From the sequence record NC_005833.1: DNA of 48,836 nt. One strand, given 5' to 3'. The stretch comes from Escherichia phage T1. Positions 1-7,590 of this stretch are shown here, in pieces (positions within the stretch are counted from its first letter, which is position 1; each line of letters starts with the position of its first letter). Under the pieces are notes generated by a model. That model worked only from the letters and a program-made list of their open reading frames with translations, did not search any database and was not told the origin of the DNA. Position numbers and translations under genes: made by a program.

Positions 1-104
1 GTTGCATGGTGTGCAACTGTTGATGTGATTGTTGCTTAGAATGCAATGATTGTGAGAGGGGGGATCTAGTGTTACCAGGTTCGCCTGGTAGTCATCTCCA
101 TTTT

Positions 105-120
105 TAGCAAAAAGTGCTAT
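105..120 (-). promoter_or_regulatory. box copy near left end, reverse orientation, lacking a -10-like hexamer
   Basis: Plus strand TAGCAAAAAGTGCTAT; adjacent hairpin CCAGG ttcg CCTGG at 75-88. Confidence 0.35.
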
Positions 121-207
121 CGATTACGATTACGCTTGATTGCGTGTTAATCATTGTATATGATTTGCCTAAATCGCAATCGTATACAAAATTACGCCAA
201 ATTACGC

Positions 208-290
208 CTTATAATATACATATAGATATATGTATATATATAATATATAAGTGTTTTTTTTATTTATATATATAGATACTATTATTTGTA
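208..290. repeat. alternating AT-rich (TATATA-type) tract
   Basis: ataatatacatatagatatatgtatatatataatatataagtgttttttttatttatatatatagatac; a similar tract recurs at 30001-30070. Confidence 0.6.
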
Positions 291-396
291 ATATGGTTGT
301 ATAGCGTGTCTTTTATGTTAATCGTTGGATGCTCTGATTATGATGCTCATGTTTATATATACAGTAGTTTTATCGGCGCATATTTATTTAGGGAAA

Positions 397-423
397 TCGA
401 TTAACACGATTAACACGATTAAC
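397..423. repeat. tandem 9-bp iteron (CGATTAACA x3)
   Basis: cgattaacacgattaacacgattaacc read directly in the left intergenic region. Confidence 0.7.
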
Positions 424-538
424 CACACTTAAAATCGCCCCGCAGACCTTGACACATGCGGGTCGTCGTGTAACACTACGATTAGAGACACGGTGTTACA
501 TGTTAATCATGGTGTATATTGAAACTAAGGAGAAAGCT

Positions 539-1114
539 ATGAGTTCTTACCAGTCAGACGCAGTACAGGCAGCAATCAAGGCAGCTTACGAGAAGGCCGG
601 AGTAACGGTTGAGCAGCGACCGGAGGCAAAAGTGACCGATGTTATCCGGGCCGCCTGCGATCAGCTTTATGGTGATGGCGAGAATACCGAGTTCACATTC
701 GACGCGAATAAGATGGCTGAGGCCGCAGCAAGAAAGTCGATGCCAGACGCTGACGAACATGATGTTGCCAAAGGCGCCGAGTCCTGGTTGCTCGGGAAGA
801 CGGATGAGATTAACGAGAAGTTTAAATCCTCATTCATCACCCCGATCGTTTCTCGACACTTCTCCAAGATCGGCAAGTCGGTCAAGGTGAGCGTGACCAT
901 GAACGATGAGAAGTTGCGAGTCGTTACTATCTCAGTGAGTGACGAAGAAGTTCCGGTGAAGAAGCGCCGCAGCCGGAAAAAAGTCAGCCTGGCTGATTGT
1001 CTGGATTCGTTTGTTCCTGATGTTGATGATCTTGAGAAAGGCGACGTTACTGTAAGCACCGTGCGCGACCTGGTTCGCCAGATGAAAGCGCATATCGAAA
1101 AATGTGGACTGTAA
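539..1114 (+). CDS. hypothetical early protein, first gene of rightward early operon
   Basis: Track ORF 449..1114; start refined to ATG 539 preceded by AAGGAG; basic KKRRSRKK patch; no recognisable domain. Confidence 0.5.
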   Translation: MSSYQSDAVQAAIKAAYEKAGVTVEQRPEAKVTDVIRAACDQLYGDGENTEFTFDANKMAEAAARKSMPDADEHDVAKGAESWLLGKTDEINEKFKSSFITPIVSRHFSKIGKSVKVSVTMNDEKLRVVTISVSDEEVPVKKRRSRKKVSLADCLDSFVPDVDDLEKGDVTVSTVRDLVRQMKAHIEKCGL

Positions 1115-1126
1115 GGAGAAGTAATT

Positions 1127-1453
1127 ATGTTTAATATCAAACCATTAACAGAAGCAGAGAAACAGGCTCAGGCCAAGCAAACCGAAAACATCCAAGTGAT
1201 CGCTGATGCGCTGATTGGTAAGAGGTCAATCAAAATAAACCTCGACACTGTTGGTCAGTCATTTTTTACTAAAGGTTTGGATAAGTACGTTATAAATGTG
1301 AAGGCGAGAGACCTGGTGGCGAGAATTCAAAAGCTAAACAATCAAAAGCTAAAGCTCATCAAGGTCGAAGGCAACATGTGCGAAATTGAGAACCTCAGCG
1401 CACCAGACCCGAATAAGTGGGAAATCACCGATGTCGAGTTTATCGTAGAATAG
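1127..1453 (+). CDS. hypothetical protein (108 aa)
   Basis: Track ORF with GGAG RBS; stop TAG lies inside conserved box at 1450. Confidence 0.5.
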   Translation: MFNIKPLTEAEKQAQAKQTENIQVIADALIGKRSIKINLDTVGQSFFTKGLDKYVINVKARDLVARIQKLNNQKLKLIKVEGNMCEIENLSAPDPNKWEITDVEFIVE

Positions 1454-1499
1454 CACTTTTTGTTAAAACCGGATCGGGGTATCTTGCTATAGTTACCCC
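1450..1499 (+). promoter_or_regulatory. conserved box-hairpin element (ATAGCACTTTTTGTTAAAAC, 22 nt, TATAGT)
   Basis: Box 1450-1469; TTGTTA 1460-1465; 22-nt spacer; TATAGT 1488-1493; inverted repeat GGGGTA 1476-1481 / TACCCC 1494-1499. Confidence 0.6.
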
Positions 1500-1531
1500 A
1501 TCAAAACGAGATACCAATCAGAGGAATCACC

Positions 1532-1762
1532 ATGTCAATCGTCAAGAACCAGCAAGCCATCGATTCAACCAATAACAACCGCTTTGCTATTTTCATCACT
1601 CGCGACAACAAGCGCTTTGCAGTAAAGGCCGTACCAGGTGGATACAAAACCTACATGGAAGATAACGGAAAGTGGGTGCGGTGCGACAACCTCGCAAACT
1701 TCTTGGTCTGGAACGCAGACCTGCAGGGATTCGATGACATCAGCACTTTAATTGAGGAGTAA
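1532..1762 (+). CDS. hypothetical protein (76 aa)
   Basis: Track ORF downstream of box-hairpin element 1450-1499; RBS GAGG. Confidence 0.5.
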   Translation: MSIVKNQQAIDSTNNNRFAIFITRDNKRFAVKAVPGGYKTYMEDNGKWVRCDNLANFLVWNADLQGFDDISTLIEE

Positions 1763-1767
1763 TAATC

Positions 1768-1995
1768 ATGCCACGTTACAGCAACCTAACTCAACTAACC
1801 CGCGTCAACGGGCACATGATCCCGGCAAAATCCACTCACTACGCAATGGGAGCAAAGCACGGATTGTATTTCAAATGGCGCGGTCAATGGAACTTCACGG
1901 TTATTCGTAATTTCTACATTAGAGTTACAGGTGATGACCCGCAATCGGTCGTAGAGAACTCAATCGGCGACAACAAGATCGAGGTGCTGAAATGA
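1768..1995 (+). CDS. hypothetical protein (75 aa)
   Basis: Track ORF, tightly packed after preceding gene. Confidence 0.5.
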   Translation: MPRYSNLTQLTRVNGHMIPAKSTHYAMGAKHGLYFKWRGQWNFTVIRNFYIRVTGDDPQSVVENSIGDNKIEVLK

Positions 1996-2102
1996 ACTTC
2001 AACATAATTGCTTTCTGGTCTGCCGTATGGTTCTTTTGCGTAGGTCATGTTGTGGTTGGAATCGTAATCATGTTGCTACTGTGTGCGGGAGCGTTCGAAT
2101 GA
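1992..2102 (+). CDS. small hydrophobic protein (36 aa, single predicted TM helix)
   Basis: Manual translation MNFNIIAFWSAVWFFCVGHVVVGIVIMLLLCAGAFE; ATG overlaps upstream stop (ATGA); below 60 aa so absent from track. Confidence 0.3.
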   Translation: MNFNIIAFWSAVWFFCVGHVVVGIVIMLLLCAGAFE

Positions 2103-2272
2103 TGCGGATTCTGATTTGCATGATGGCGGCGGTCGCCATGGCTATCCTGGTAGTGTCCGGCTGCGGCGAGGCCAGGGATAGCTGTCATGAAACCGGGAGC
2201 CAGGTTACTACTTTCGTGATGGTTGGCAACGTATTGCTACCAATAACATCAAATGAAATCACTTGCGAATAG
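2099..2272 (+). CDS. small putative lipoprotein (about 57 aa)
   Basis: Inside track ORF 2027..2272; start refined to ATG 2099 overlapping preceding stop; signal-like MMRILICMMAAVAMAILVVSGC with lipobox-like VVSGC. Confidence 0.4.
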   Translation: MMRILICMMAAVAMAILVVSGCGEARDSCHETGSQVTTFVMVGNVLLPITSNEITCE

Positions 2273-2319
2273 CACTTTTTGTTAAAACTCAACTCCGGGG
2301 TTGCGATATAGTAACCCCA
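2269..2319 (+). promoter_or_regulatory. conserved box-hairpin element
   Basis: ATAGCAC 2269-2275; TTGTTA 2279-2284; 22-nt spacer; TATAGT 2307-2312; GGGGTT / AACCCC arms. Confidence 0.6.
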
Positions 2320-2343
2320 TCGACAACGAACGAGGACGCAAAC

Positions 2344-2832
2344 ATGAAAATTAAATTACTTAGCAATGGCGGTTACAAGGGATTCACCCGCGACCTGGAA
2401 GCTGACCCTATCGTGGTTGACGCGGTTAAGTGCGACTCAAGTACTGGAGGCTACCGCGTTAAGGTTGATGACCTTGTAAAAGCTGGCGTGTACGATCTTG
2501 ATTATGGCCTGTCGGTTAGCCCGGTATTTGGCCCAGCTGACTTCAACGAGAAAGACGGAACGATGTTCTTTTTTGATTGGGAAGTGAAGGCAAACATCAA
2601 GCCGCGCAAGGTTCGTCTTCTCAGCAATGGCGGCTACCCGATGCGACCAGGTTATGAGAATCGCACGTTCCCGGTTATCGTTGACTTCATTGGGACAACT
2701 GACAACTTGGTATACGTTAGCCATGAGCAACTTAAGGCAGTTGGATTCGTTGGCGGTATGAATAAAGAAGCGCTTTGCTTCTTCCATCGATGTCCAGAGC
2801 CGATCGGTATTGAGTGCGAGTTAGTATACTAA
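2344..2832 (+). CDS. hypothetical protein with internal duplication (two LLSNGGY-containing halves)
   Basis: Track ORF 2263..2832; start refined to ATG 2344; repeated KIKLLSNGGYKGF / KVRLLSNGGYPMR segments. Confidence 0.5.
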   Translation: MKIKLLSNGGYKGFTRDLEADPIVVDAVKCDSSTGGYRVKVDDLVKAGVYDLDYGLSVSPVFGPADFNEKDGTMFFFDWEVKANIKPRKVRLLSNGGYPMRPGYENRTFPVIVDFIGTTDNLVYVSHEQLKAVGFVGGMNKEALCFFHRCPEPIGIECELVY

Positions 2833-2879
2833 GCACGAATTGTTAAAAGGGGATTTGGCCTGACTGGTATAATCCCCAC
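2829..2879 (+). promoter_or_regulatory. conserved box-hairpin element
   Basis: cTAAGCACGAATTGTTAAAAG; TTGTTA 2840-2845; 22-nt spacer; TATAAT 2868-2873 (TGG-TATAAT); GGGGATT / AATCCCC arms. Confidence 0.6.
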
Positions 2880-2903
2880 ATCAACCACTAATAGGAAAGC
2901 ATC

Positions 2904-3389
2904 ATGTTAAAATTAAAAGATATTCAGTTCCCTGTAGTATTTAACACTATTAGCTGCGGTAAAATAACCTGCCACAGCAAAGATCGCGCAACAGATTCAT
3001 CATTCAATGAGTGCCACCCGTCTATTGTTGGTAATCTTATTGAGCTTCATAACAATCACAATCCTGATAACATCCCATCTCTTCCATATTATGTTGAGGG
3101 AGTCGGGCCTGGTTGGAAGGTTGGTCGCTCCATCTTCCATGCAGCAAAGCCAGAAATCAAGCCAGCGCTACAATGCACTCAGATCGAGAACATGCCATTG
3201 AGCGCGACACTAAAAGGTGTCCAACTTGATAGCGAATCCTGGATCGAGATTACCGCCACGCCTAAAACTATTGAGGTACATGATGATGTGGTGATTCTCC
3301 TGTTGCATTACGGCAGCTTTAAGCACAAGACGGTATCAGGTGAAATCAGCATTAAGCGCGGAACTCTTGTCCGCTACGAGGTGAAATAA
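2904..3389 (+). CDS. hypothetical protein (161 aa)
   Basis: Track ORF after box-hairpin element 2829-2879. Confidence 0.5.
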   Translation: MLKLKDIQFPVVFNTISCGKITCHSKDRATDSSFNECHPSIVGNLIELHNNHNPDNIPSLPYYVEGVGPGWKVGRSIFHAAKPEIKPALQCTQIENMPLSATLKGVQLDSESWIEITATPKTIEVHDDVVILLLHYGSFKHKTVSGEISIKRGTLVRYEVK

Positions 3390-3538
3390 TGACTGCATGG
3401 GTCTTGATTATCTTGATGAGCAAAGGTCCGGATCACGTATACATGGAAAGTCAACAATCATGCAACAAGGCACGGGAAGTTATCGCAGAGAACAAGCCGT
3501 TCGGATATGAAGTAAAAACTATGTGCGTTAAACGATAG
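3389..3538 (+). CDS. small hypothetical protein (49 aa)
   Basis: Manual translation; ATG overlaps upstream TAA (TAATG); stop TAG inside box at 3535. Confidence 0.3.
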   Translation: MTAWVLIILMSKGPDHVYMESQQSCNKAREVIAENKPFGYEVKTMCVKR

Positions 3539-3586
3539 CACGAATTGCTAAACCTTCCGCAAGGCCATTTGATATAGTGGCCTTAT
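3535..3586 (+). promoter_or_regulatory. conserved box-hairpin element
   Basis: ATAGCACGAATTGCTAAAC; TTGCTA 3545-3550; 22-nt spacer; TATAGT 3573-3578; AAGGCCA / TGGCCTT arms. Confidence 0.6.
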
Positions 3587-3618
3587 TGAAGCACGACAAC
3601 CAACTGGAGGTAAAATTT

Positions 3619-3993
3619 ATGAAATTCGAATGTATCAGCGATAACACCAAAAAATTTACTGTTGGCAAAATTTACGATGTTCCGACTGAGCACGCAGAGC
3701 AAACCGTAGCTCTGACCGACGACACGGGCCGCAACCGAATTGCAACCGTAACTCACAACGGTGAAGGTCTTCGCTGGAATAGCGGCGGCACTAAGTTCGC
3801 AACGTTCGGCAAGAAGCGCAAGCGCACCTTCCGCGTCAACGGCAATGTTGCAGCTAACAAGATCCATAACGTCAAGCCGTCGGAAGTTGACCGCAAGCCA
3901 GCGCTGAAGTTTAAAGAGAAGGTGGATTTATTCAATCTTGCCGCCTCGCTTGTTCTCCTGGTCGCTGCTATTTCGCTGCTTTCCATCATGTAA
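3619..3993 (+). CDS. hypothetical protein with C-terminal transmembrane anchor
   Basis: Track ORF 3577..3993; start refined to ATG 3619 after GGAGG; C-terminal LFNLAASLVLLVAAISLLSIM hydrophobic helix. Confidence 0.45.
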   Translation: MKFECISDNTKKFTVGKIYDVPTEHAEQTVALTDDTGRNRIATVTHNGEGLRWNSGGTKFATFGKKRKRTFRVNGNVAANKIHNVKPSEVDRKPALKFKEKVDLFNLAASLVLLVAAISLLSIM

Positions 3994-4000
3994 TGCTAAT

Positions 4001-4035
4001 GGGGAATCGACTCTGAACGGTTCCCCTTTCTTTTG
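4001..4035 (+). terminator. rho-independent terminator
   Basis: GGGGAA(t)CG .. CG(g)TTCCCC stem followed by TTTCTTTTGG. Confidence 0.5.
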
Positions 4036-4141
4036 GAGAAAACACTATGCCAGACTTTTCTAACTGGAATAACGAGCCGCCATCATTTCAGGAGTTGCTA
4101 TTCTGCCTCCTGGTCCTGACATTATCTCTTAAGGGTGTTTT

Positions 4142-4360
4142 ATGGCTACTATCATGACAGTAGAAGATGCAGCACGCGATGCAGTGGAAGGAATGCGCCC
4201 AAATACCTCCAGAATAGCACACTACTACAAATCTGAGGTGTCGGCAGTGCAATTGGTCCACGAAATTTTAAGGCTCCCACAAGTCGATTCAGCGCGCGTT
4301 GTGACGTGCTTAAAAAATTATTTTTGCATCACTATTAAAACGAATAGCACGAATTGCTAA
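4142..4360 (+). CDS. hypothetical protein (72 aa); a competing 36-aa ORF at 4047..4157 has the better RBS
   Basis: Track ORF; weak RBS; overlaps small ORF 4047..4157. Confidence 0.25.
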   Translation: MATIMTVEDAARDAVEGMRPNTSRIAHYYKSEVSAVQLVHEILRLPQVDSARVVTCLKNYFCITIKTNSTNC

Positions 4361-4395
4361 AACCTATCAAGGGGAATACGCTATGATTCCCCTAC
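4344..4395 (+). promoter_or_regulatory. conserved box-hairpin element
   Basis: ATAGCACGAATTGCTAAAAC; TTGCTA 4354-4359; 22-nt spacer; TATGAT 4382-4387; AGGGGAAT / ATTCCCCT arms. Confidence 0.6.
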
Positions 4396-4417
4396 ACCAA
4401 CAAACGAGGAAGCGATC

Positions 4418-4864
4418 ATGAAACACTTAATCTGCATTGAAGCGCCTAACGATCAATACACCCTGCATGGACTTGGTGTGTTCAAAGGTCACTACATTAC
4501 CGCAGGAACTTACGATGCTCGTCGCGGCGATGGCGACCTAATGATTACGTCAAAAGAAGTAAATCCGTACATCATGCAGAATCTTGGCAATAACGAATAT
4601 ATGGCCTATGGCTGCAACGCGGTGTACAAGCACGTTAAGATCCGCAAGCGTGTTGTGCGTGCATTCAAGAAGATTGCAATTAAATACTGGAAAATGAGCA
4701 AGAAAGATGCCGGACGTTGGGCGCGCAACGTTGCAGATTCATACTTCTATCGTAACGGCGAATCCTGCTACTTCCTGATCGATGAACTTATGGAAAACTA
4801 CGGTGGCGACTTCAGCCAGGGTAGCTTTGATGACTGGGCCAACTATGAGATCAGTTGCTGGTAA
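4418..4864 (+). CDS. hypothetical protein (148 aa)
   Basis: Track ORF after box-hairpin element 4344-4395; RBS GAGGAAG; double stop TAATAG. Confidence 0.5.
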   Translation: MKHLICIEAPNDQYTLHGLGVFKGHYITAGTYDARRGDGDLMITSKEVNPYIMQNLGNNEYMAYGCNAVYKHVKIRKRVVRAFKKIAIKYWKMSKKDAGRWARNVADSYFYRNGESCYFLIDELMENYGGDFSQGSFDDWANYEISCW

Positions 4865-4917
4865 TAGCACGAATTGCTAAAACTTGCTCAAGGGCATTTG
4901 TTAGAATGCCCTTCGTT
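4864..4917 (+). promoter_or_regulatory. conserved box-hairpin element
   Basis: ATAGCACGAATTGCTAAAAC; TTGCTA 4874-4879; 22-nt spacer; TAGAAT 4902-4907; AAGGGCAT / ATGCCCTT arms. Confidence 0.6.
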
Positions 4918-4947
4918 GAGTTAAGCAACCAATCAGAGGAATAAATC

Positions 4948-5478
4948 ATGGATAAAATCACAATTTGGGGCCAGACAATCAACCTGTTTCTCGGCACGCG
5001 CCGAGTGGCAATCTTTGACTTTGACGGGACACTTAGCGATGGATCTGGTCGACTTCACCTGCTGCCAACAAAGGATTTGCACTTGACTGAAAGCTGGTCT
5101 GAGTTTAACCGAGCGGCAATATTTGATAACCCAATCCAGAGCACGATCGATGTGATGAACTCTATGTTTGCCGCTGGGTATCATGTGATCATTTTAACCG
5201 GGCGAAGTGATGAGGTGCGTTACGCATCTGAGTTATGGCTTAAGCATCACGGCGCTCGATATGATTACTTAGTCATGCGACCGCATACCGACAACCGCAA
5301 AGACACGGTAATGAAAGAAGAGGCAGTGCGCGCTATCGGCATTGATAACATTCTTGCGGCTTGGGATGACTCAGTGAATATAATAAAAAAATTCAGAGAT
5401 CTAGGGATAACCACATATCAGGTTTGTGAATATGCCTGTGATAGTCGAGAGGATTTAAATAGTCATGGTGTCGATTGA
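4948..5478 (+). CDS. HAD-superfamily phosphatase (nucleotidase or polynucleotide 3'-phosphatase-like)
   Basis: HAD motif I FDFDGTL, motif II ILTGR, downstream K and WDDS; RBS GAGGAA. Confidence 0.6.
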   Translation: MDKITIWGQTINLFLGTRRVAIFDFDGTLSDGSGRLHLLPTKDLHLTESWSEFNRAAIFDNPIQSTIDVMNSMFAAGYHVIILTGRSDEVRYASELWLKHHGARYDYLVMRPHTDNRKDTVMKEEAVRAIGIDNILAAWDDSVNIIKKFRDLGITTYQVCEYACDSREDLNSHGVD

Positions 5479-5959
5479 TAACAAATCAATGGTAAGAGAG
5501 TTATTTACTTATTCTGACGGCGTTCTGTATTGGAAGGCCAAATCATCTAAATACAGTAGAGCTAAAATAGGAGGCGCGGCAGGAAGCAAGGATAAAGACG
5601 GATACATAATAATCAGAGTAAGAAACGAAACTAGAGGCGCTCACAGGCTTGTATGGATATACCATAATGGCAAGATACCTGATGGAATGGAGGTAGACCA
5701 TATGGATGGAGACATAACAAACAATAGAATAGAAAACCTAAGATTGGTAACGAGAACCATAAATAACAGGAATCAAAAAAAGAGATCTGATAACACAACC
5801 GGAGTATCCGGTGTAACTTTCATGAAAGATAGAGGAAAGTATAGGGCGCAAGTTAGAAACAAGAGACTCGGGCAGTTCGACACAATAGAAGAGGCCGCCA
5901 AAGCAGTAAAGGATGAGCGGGATAGATTAGGTTTATTCACAAAAAGACACGGGGTGTAA
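5465..5959 (+). CDS. HNH homing endonuclease with AP2-like DNA-binding domain
   Basis: YHNGKIPDGMEVDHMDGDITNNRIENL HNH core plus TGVSGV..KYRAQV AP2-like segment; AGA/ATA-rich codon usage unlike neighbours. Confidence 0.75.
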   Translation: MVSIDNKSMVRELFTYSDGVLYWKAKSSKYSRAKIGGAAGSKDKDGYIIIRVRNETRGAHRLVWIYHNGKIPDGMEVDHMDGDITNNRIENLRLVTRTINNRNQKKRSDNTTGVSGVTFMKDRGKYRAQVRNKRLGQFDTIEEAAKAVKDERDRLGLFTKRHGV

Positions 5960-5961
5960 AC

Positions 5962-6534
5962 ATGAAAACAGCTATCATTTTAAACGGCGCACCTGGTGCG
6001 GGAAAGGACACTATCGGATGCATCCTGGCTGACACTTACGATCATGTAGCGCTACGCAGCTTCAAAGCGCCAATGTTTGAGATTGCCCGAGCAATCCTGG
6101 GTGAGACTAATTTCGAGTATTTCATGTTCTTGTATGAGGACCGTCGCTATAAAGAAGAGCCAGCGTCAATCCTGAACGGTAAAAGCCCGCGCCAGTTTAT
6201 GATCTGGATTAGCGAGGAGGTCATCAAGCCGCAGTTCGGAAATCGCTTCTTCGGTATGCGAGCGGAAAGTAAGGTGAAAGAGTCGCATTCACTTTCGGTA
6301 TTTACTGACGGTGGATTCAAAGACGAGATCTTGCAGATGATTGAAGGTGACATCCAGGTCAAGCTGTGTCGAATCCATCGCAACGGTTGCAACTTTGACA
6401 ACGACAGTCGCGACTATATCTATCTTGACGATATGATCGGGGTCAACGGTTATCAGGAGTGTGACTTCTTTTCTGTCGAAGGCCATCCAGAAATTACCGC
6501 TCAGCACATAGCCGCCACGTTCATCAATAAATAG
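5962..6534 (+). CDS. P-loop nucleotide/polynucleotide kinase
   Basis: Walker A GAPGAGKDT near N-terminus (GKDT as in dNMP kinases); about 190 aa. Confidence 0.6.
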   Translation: MKTAIILNGAPGAGKDTIGCILADTYDHVALRSFKAPMFEIARAILGETNFEYFMFLYEDRRYKEEPASILNGKSPRQFMIWISEEVIKPQFGNRFFGMRAESKVKESHSLSVFTDGGFKDEILQMIEGDIQVKLCRIHRNGCNFDNDSRDYIYLDDMIGVNGYQECDFFSVEGHPEITAQHIAATFINK

Positions 6535-6582
6535 CACGAATTGCTAAAACGTCGGTGTGGTGATTTGATATAGTTACCTCAT
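6531..6582 (+). promoter_or_regulatory. conserved box-hairpin element
   Basis: ATAGCACGAATTGCTAAAAC 6531-6550; 22-nt spacer; TATAGT 6569-6574. Confidence 0.6.
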
Positions 6583-6606
6583 CGACAACGAAGAGAGAAA
6601 ATCGAA

Positions 6607-6816
6607 ATGATGGTATCAACTGATAAGTTTTTCACTTGCACCAAAACTTCTGAGGTATTCGAGCTGGTTCATACTGACAACGGTGATTTCATGCATGACG
6701 GTTGCGACGCTTTCATTGAAGTGAAAGAAAGCGACTATGACGACGGAGTTTATTACAACCCTGCGGTTAACACGCAGTTTTTTACCCCGATCGAAGAGGA
6801 AGGAGAAGAGGCATGA
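6607..6816 (+). CDS. hypothetical protein (69 aa), acidic C-terminus
   Basis: Track ORF after box-hairpin element 6531-6582. Confidence 0.45.
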   Translation: MMVSTDKFFTCTKTSEVFELVHTDNGDFMHDGCDAFIEVKESDYDDGVYYNPAVNTQFFTPIEEEGEEA

Positions 6817-7157
6817 TCACGATTAACCTGTCAGATAAACAAGCGCGTGAAATACTAGACACTATCGGAGAACAGCTTCACGTAAAAGGCGATACCGCTG
6901 AGATTCTTAACCAGATCGAAAGACAGCTAACCCCTGTGTCGACGAATCAAGCTGAGTTCGCAGCATGGAAAAGCGAACGCATCCTGCCAAATATCATCAA
7001 GGCATGGAAGCGCAAGCATAAAAAAGAAATCAACGTTGAGGATTTATTTACCGATGAATTAAGTCCTTCAAATGTTGCTCAATACCAGTTGCGATACATG
7101 GAGTCGGTTTGCAATCAGGTTTTAGGTGTAAGTTTTTCATTCAAAGGTGATAAATAA
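6813..7157 (+). CDS. hypothetical protein (114 aa)
   Basis: Track ORF; ATGA overlap with upstream gene. Confidence 0.45.
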   Translation: MITINLSDKQAREILDTIGEQLHVKGDTAEILNQIERQLTPVSTNQAEFAAWKSERILPNIIKAWKRKHKKEINVEDLFTDELSPSNVAQYQLRYMESVCNQVLGVSFSFKGDK

Positions 7158-7387
7158 TGTTCGGTTTAAGCGAAGCGGAGTGGAATGTTGTAAAGCGTGC
7201 CGCGAAAGAATTAAACAAATTCGTCAGCGGAATGAAGAAAGAAGATCGGAAAAACGACAAGATTATGATTGACGTAATTTCGACTCACCATAAAAAGGTC
7301 GAACTACTCATTGACCGCTACAAATTTGTCTGGACTGCCGGGTATATTGCAGGGCGCGTAGGTAACAAAGAGGGGGATTATGAATAA
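7157..7387 (+). CDS. hypothetical protein (76 aa)
   Basis: Track ORF; start overlaps upstream stop. Confidence 0.45.
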   Translation: MFGLSEAEWNVVKRAAKELNKFVSGMKKEDRKNDKIMIDVISTHHKKVELLIDRYKFVWTAGYIAGRVGNKEGDYE

Positions 7388-7590
7388 TGGCCAATTTACC
7401 AAAGAAAGGCGATCAGGTTCGATGTGTCACTTCACGCAATGGTAATGCTTTATCGGCGGGGTGCTTGTACGACGTAGAAAAAGTCAGTAAGTCAAAGAGG
7501 CTTGTATTCGTGTACGGCGACGATGGAAATCTGCATGAGATTGATTACCCGCAGGATGTAACTAATGGTCAATTCGAAATTAATGATTGA
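7387..7590 (+). CDS. hypothetical protein (67 aa)
   Basis: Track ORF; start overlaps upstream stop. Confidence 0.45.
   Translation: MANLPKKGDQVRCVTSRNGNALSAGCLYDVEKVSKSKRLVFVYGDDGNLHEIDYPQDVTNGQFEIND

Noticed and set aside
397-423. Possible CRISPR array (short tandem repeats here, at 121-135, 190-209, and in J at 27811-28008)
   Set aside because: Repeats are contiguous without unique spacers, too short or too few, and the J repeat is in-frame coding sequence.
554-1140. Reverse-strand track ORFs 554..760 and 667..1140 inside gene 539..1114
   Set aside because: Fully embedded antisense to a well-supported gene with RBS and operon context; typical shadow ORFs. The same applies to 2437..2787, 3583..3867, 3753..3989, 10262..10600, 22012..22299 and others.
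4948-6534. HNH gene as an intron- or intein-encoded endonuclease splitting a single kinase-phosphatase gene
   Set aside because: Phosphatase and kinase are complete separate ORFs with their own starts and stops; the HNH gene is free-standing with only a 14-nt overlap, and no splice-like or intein boundary motifs are seen.
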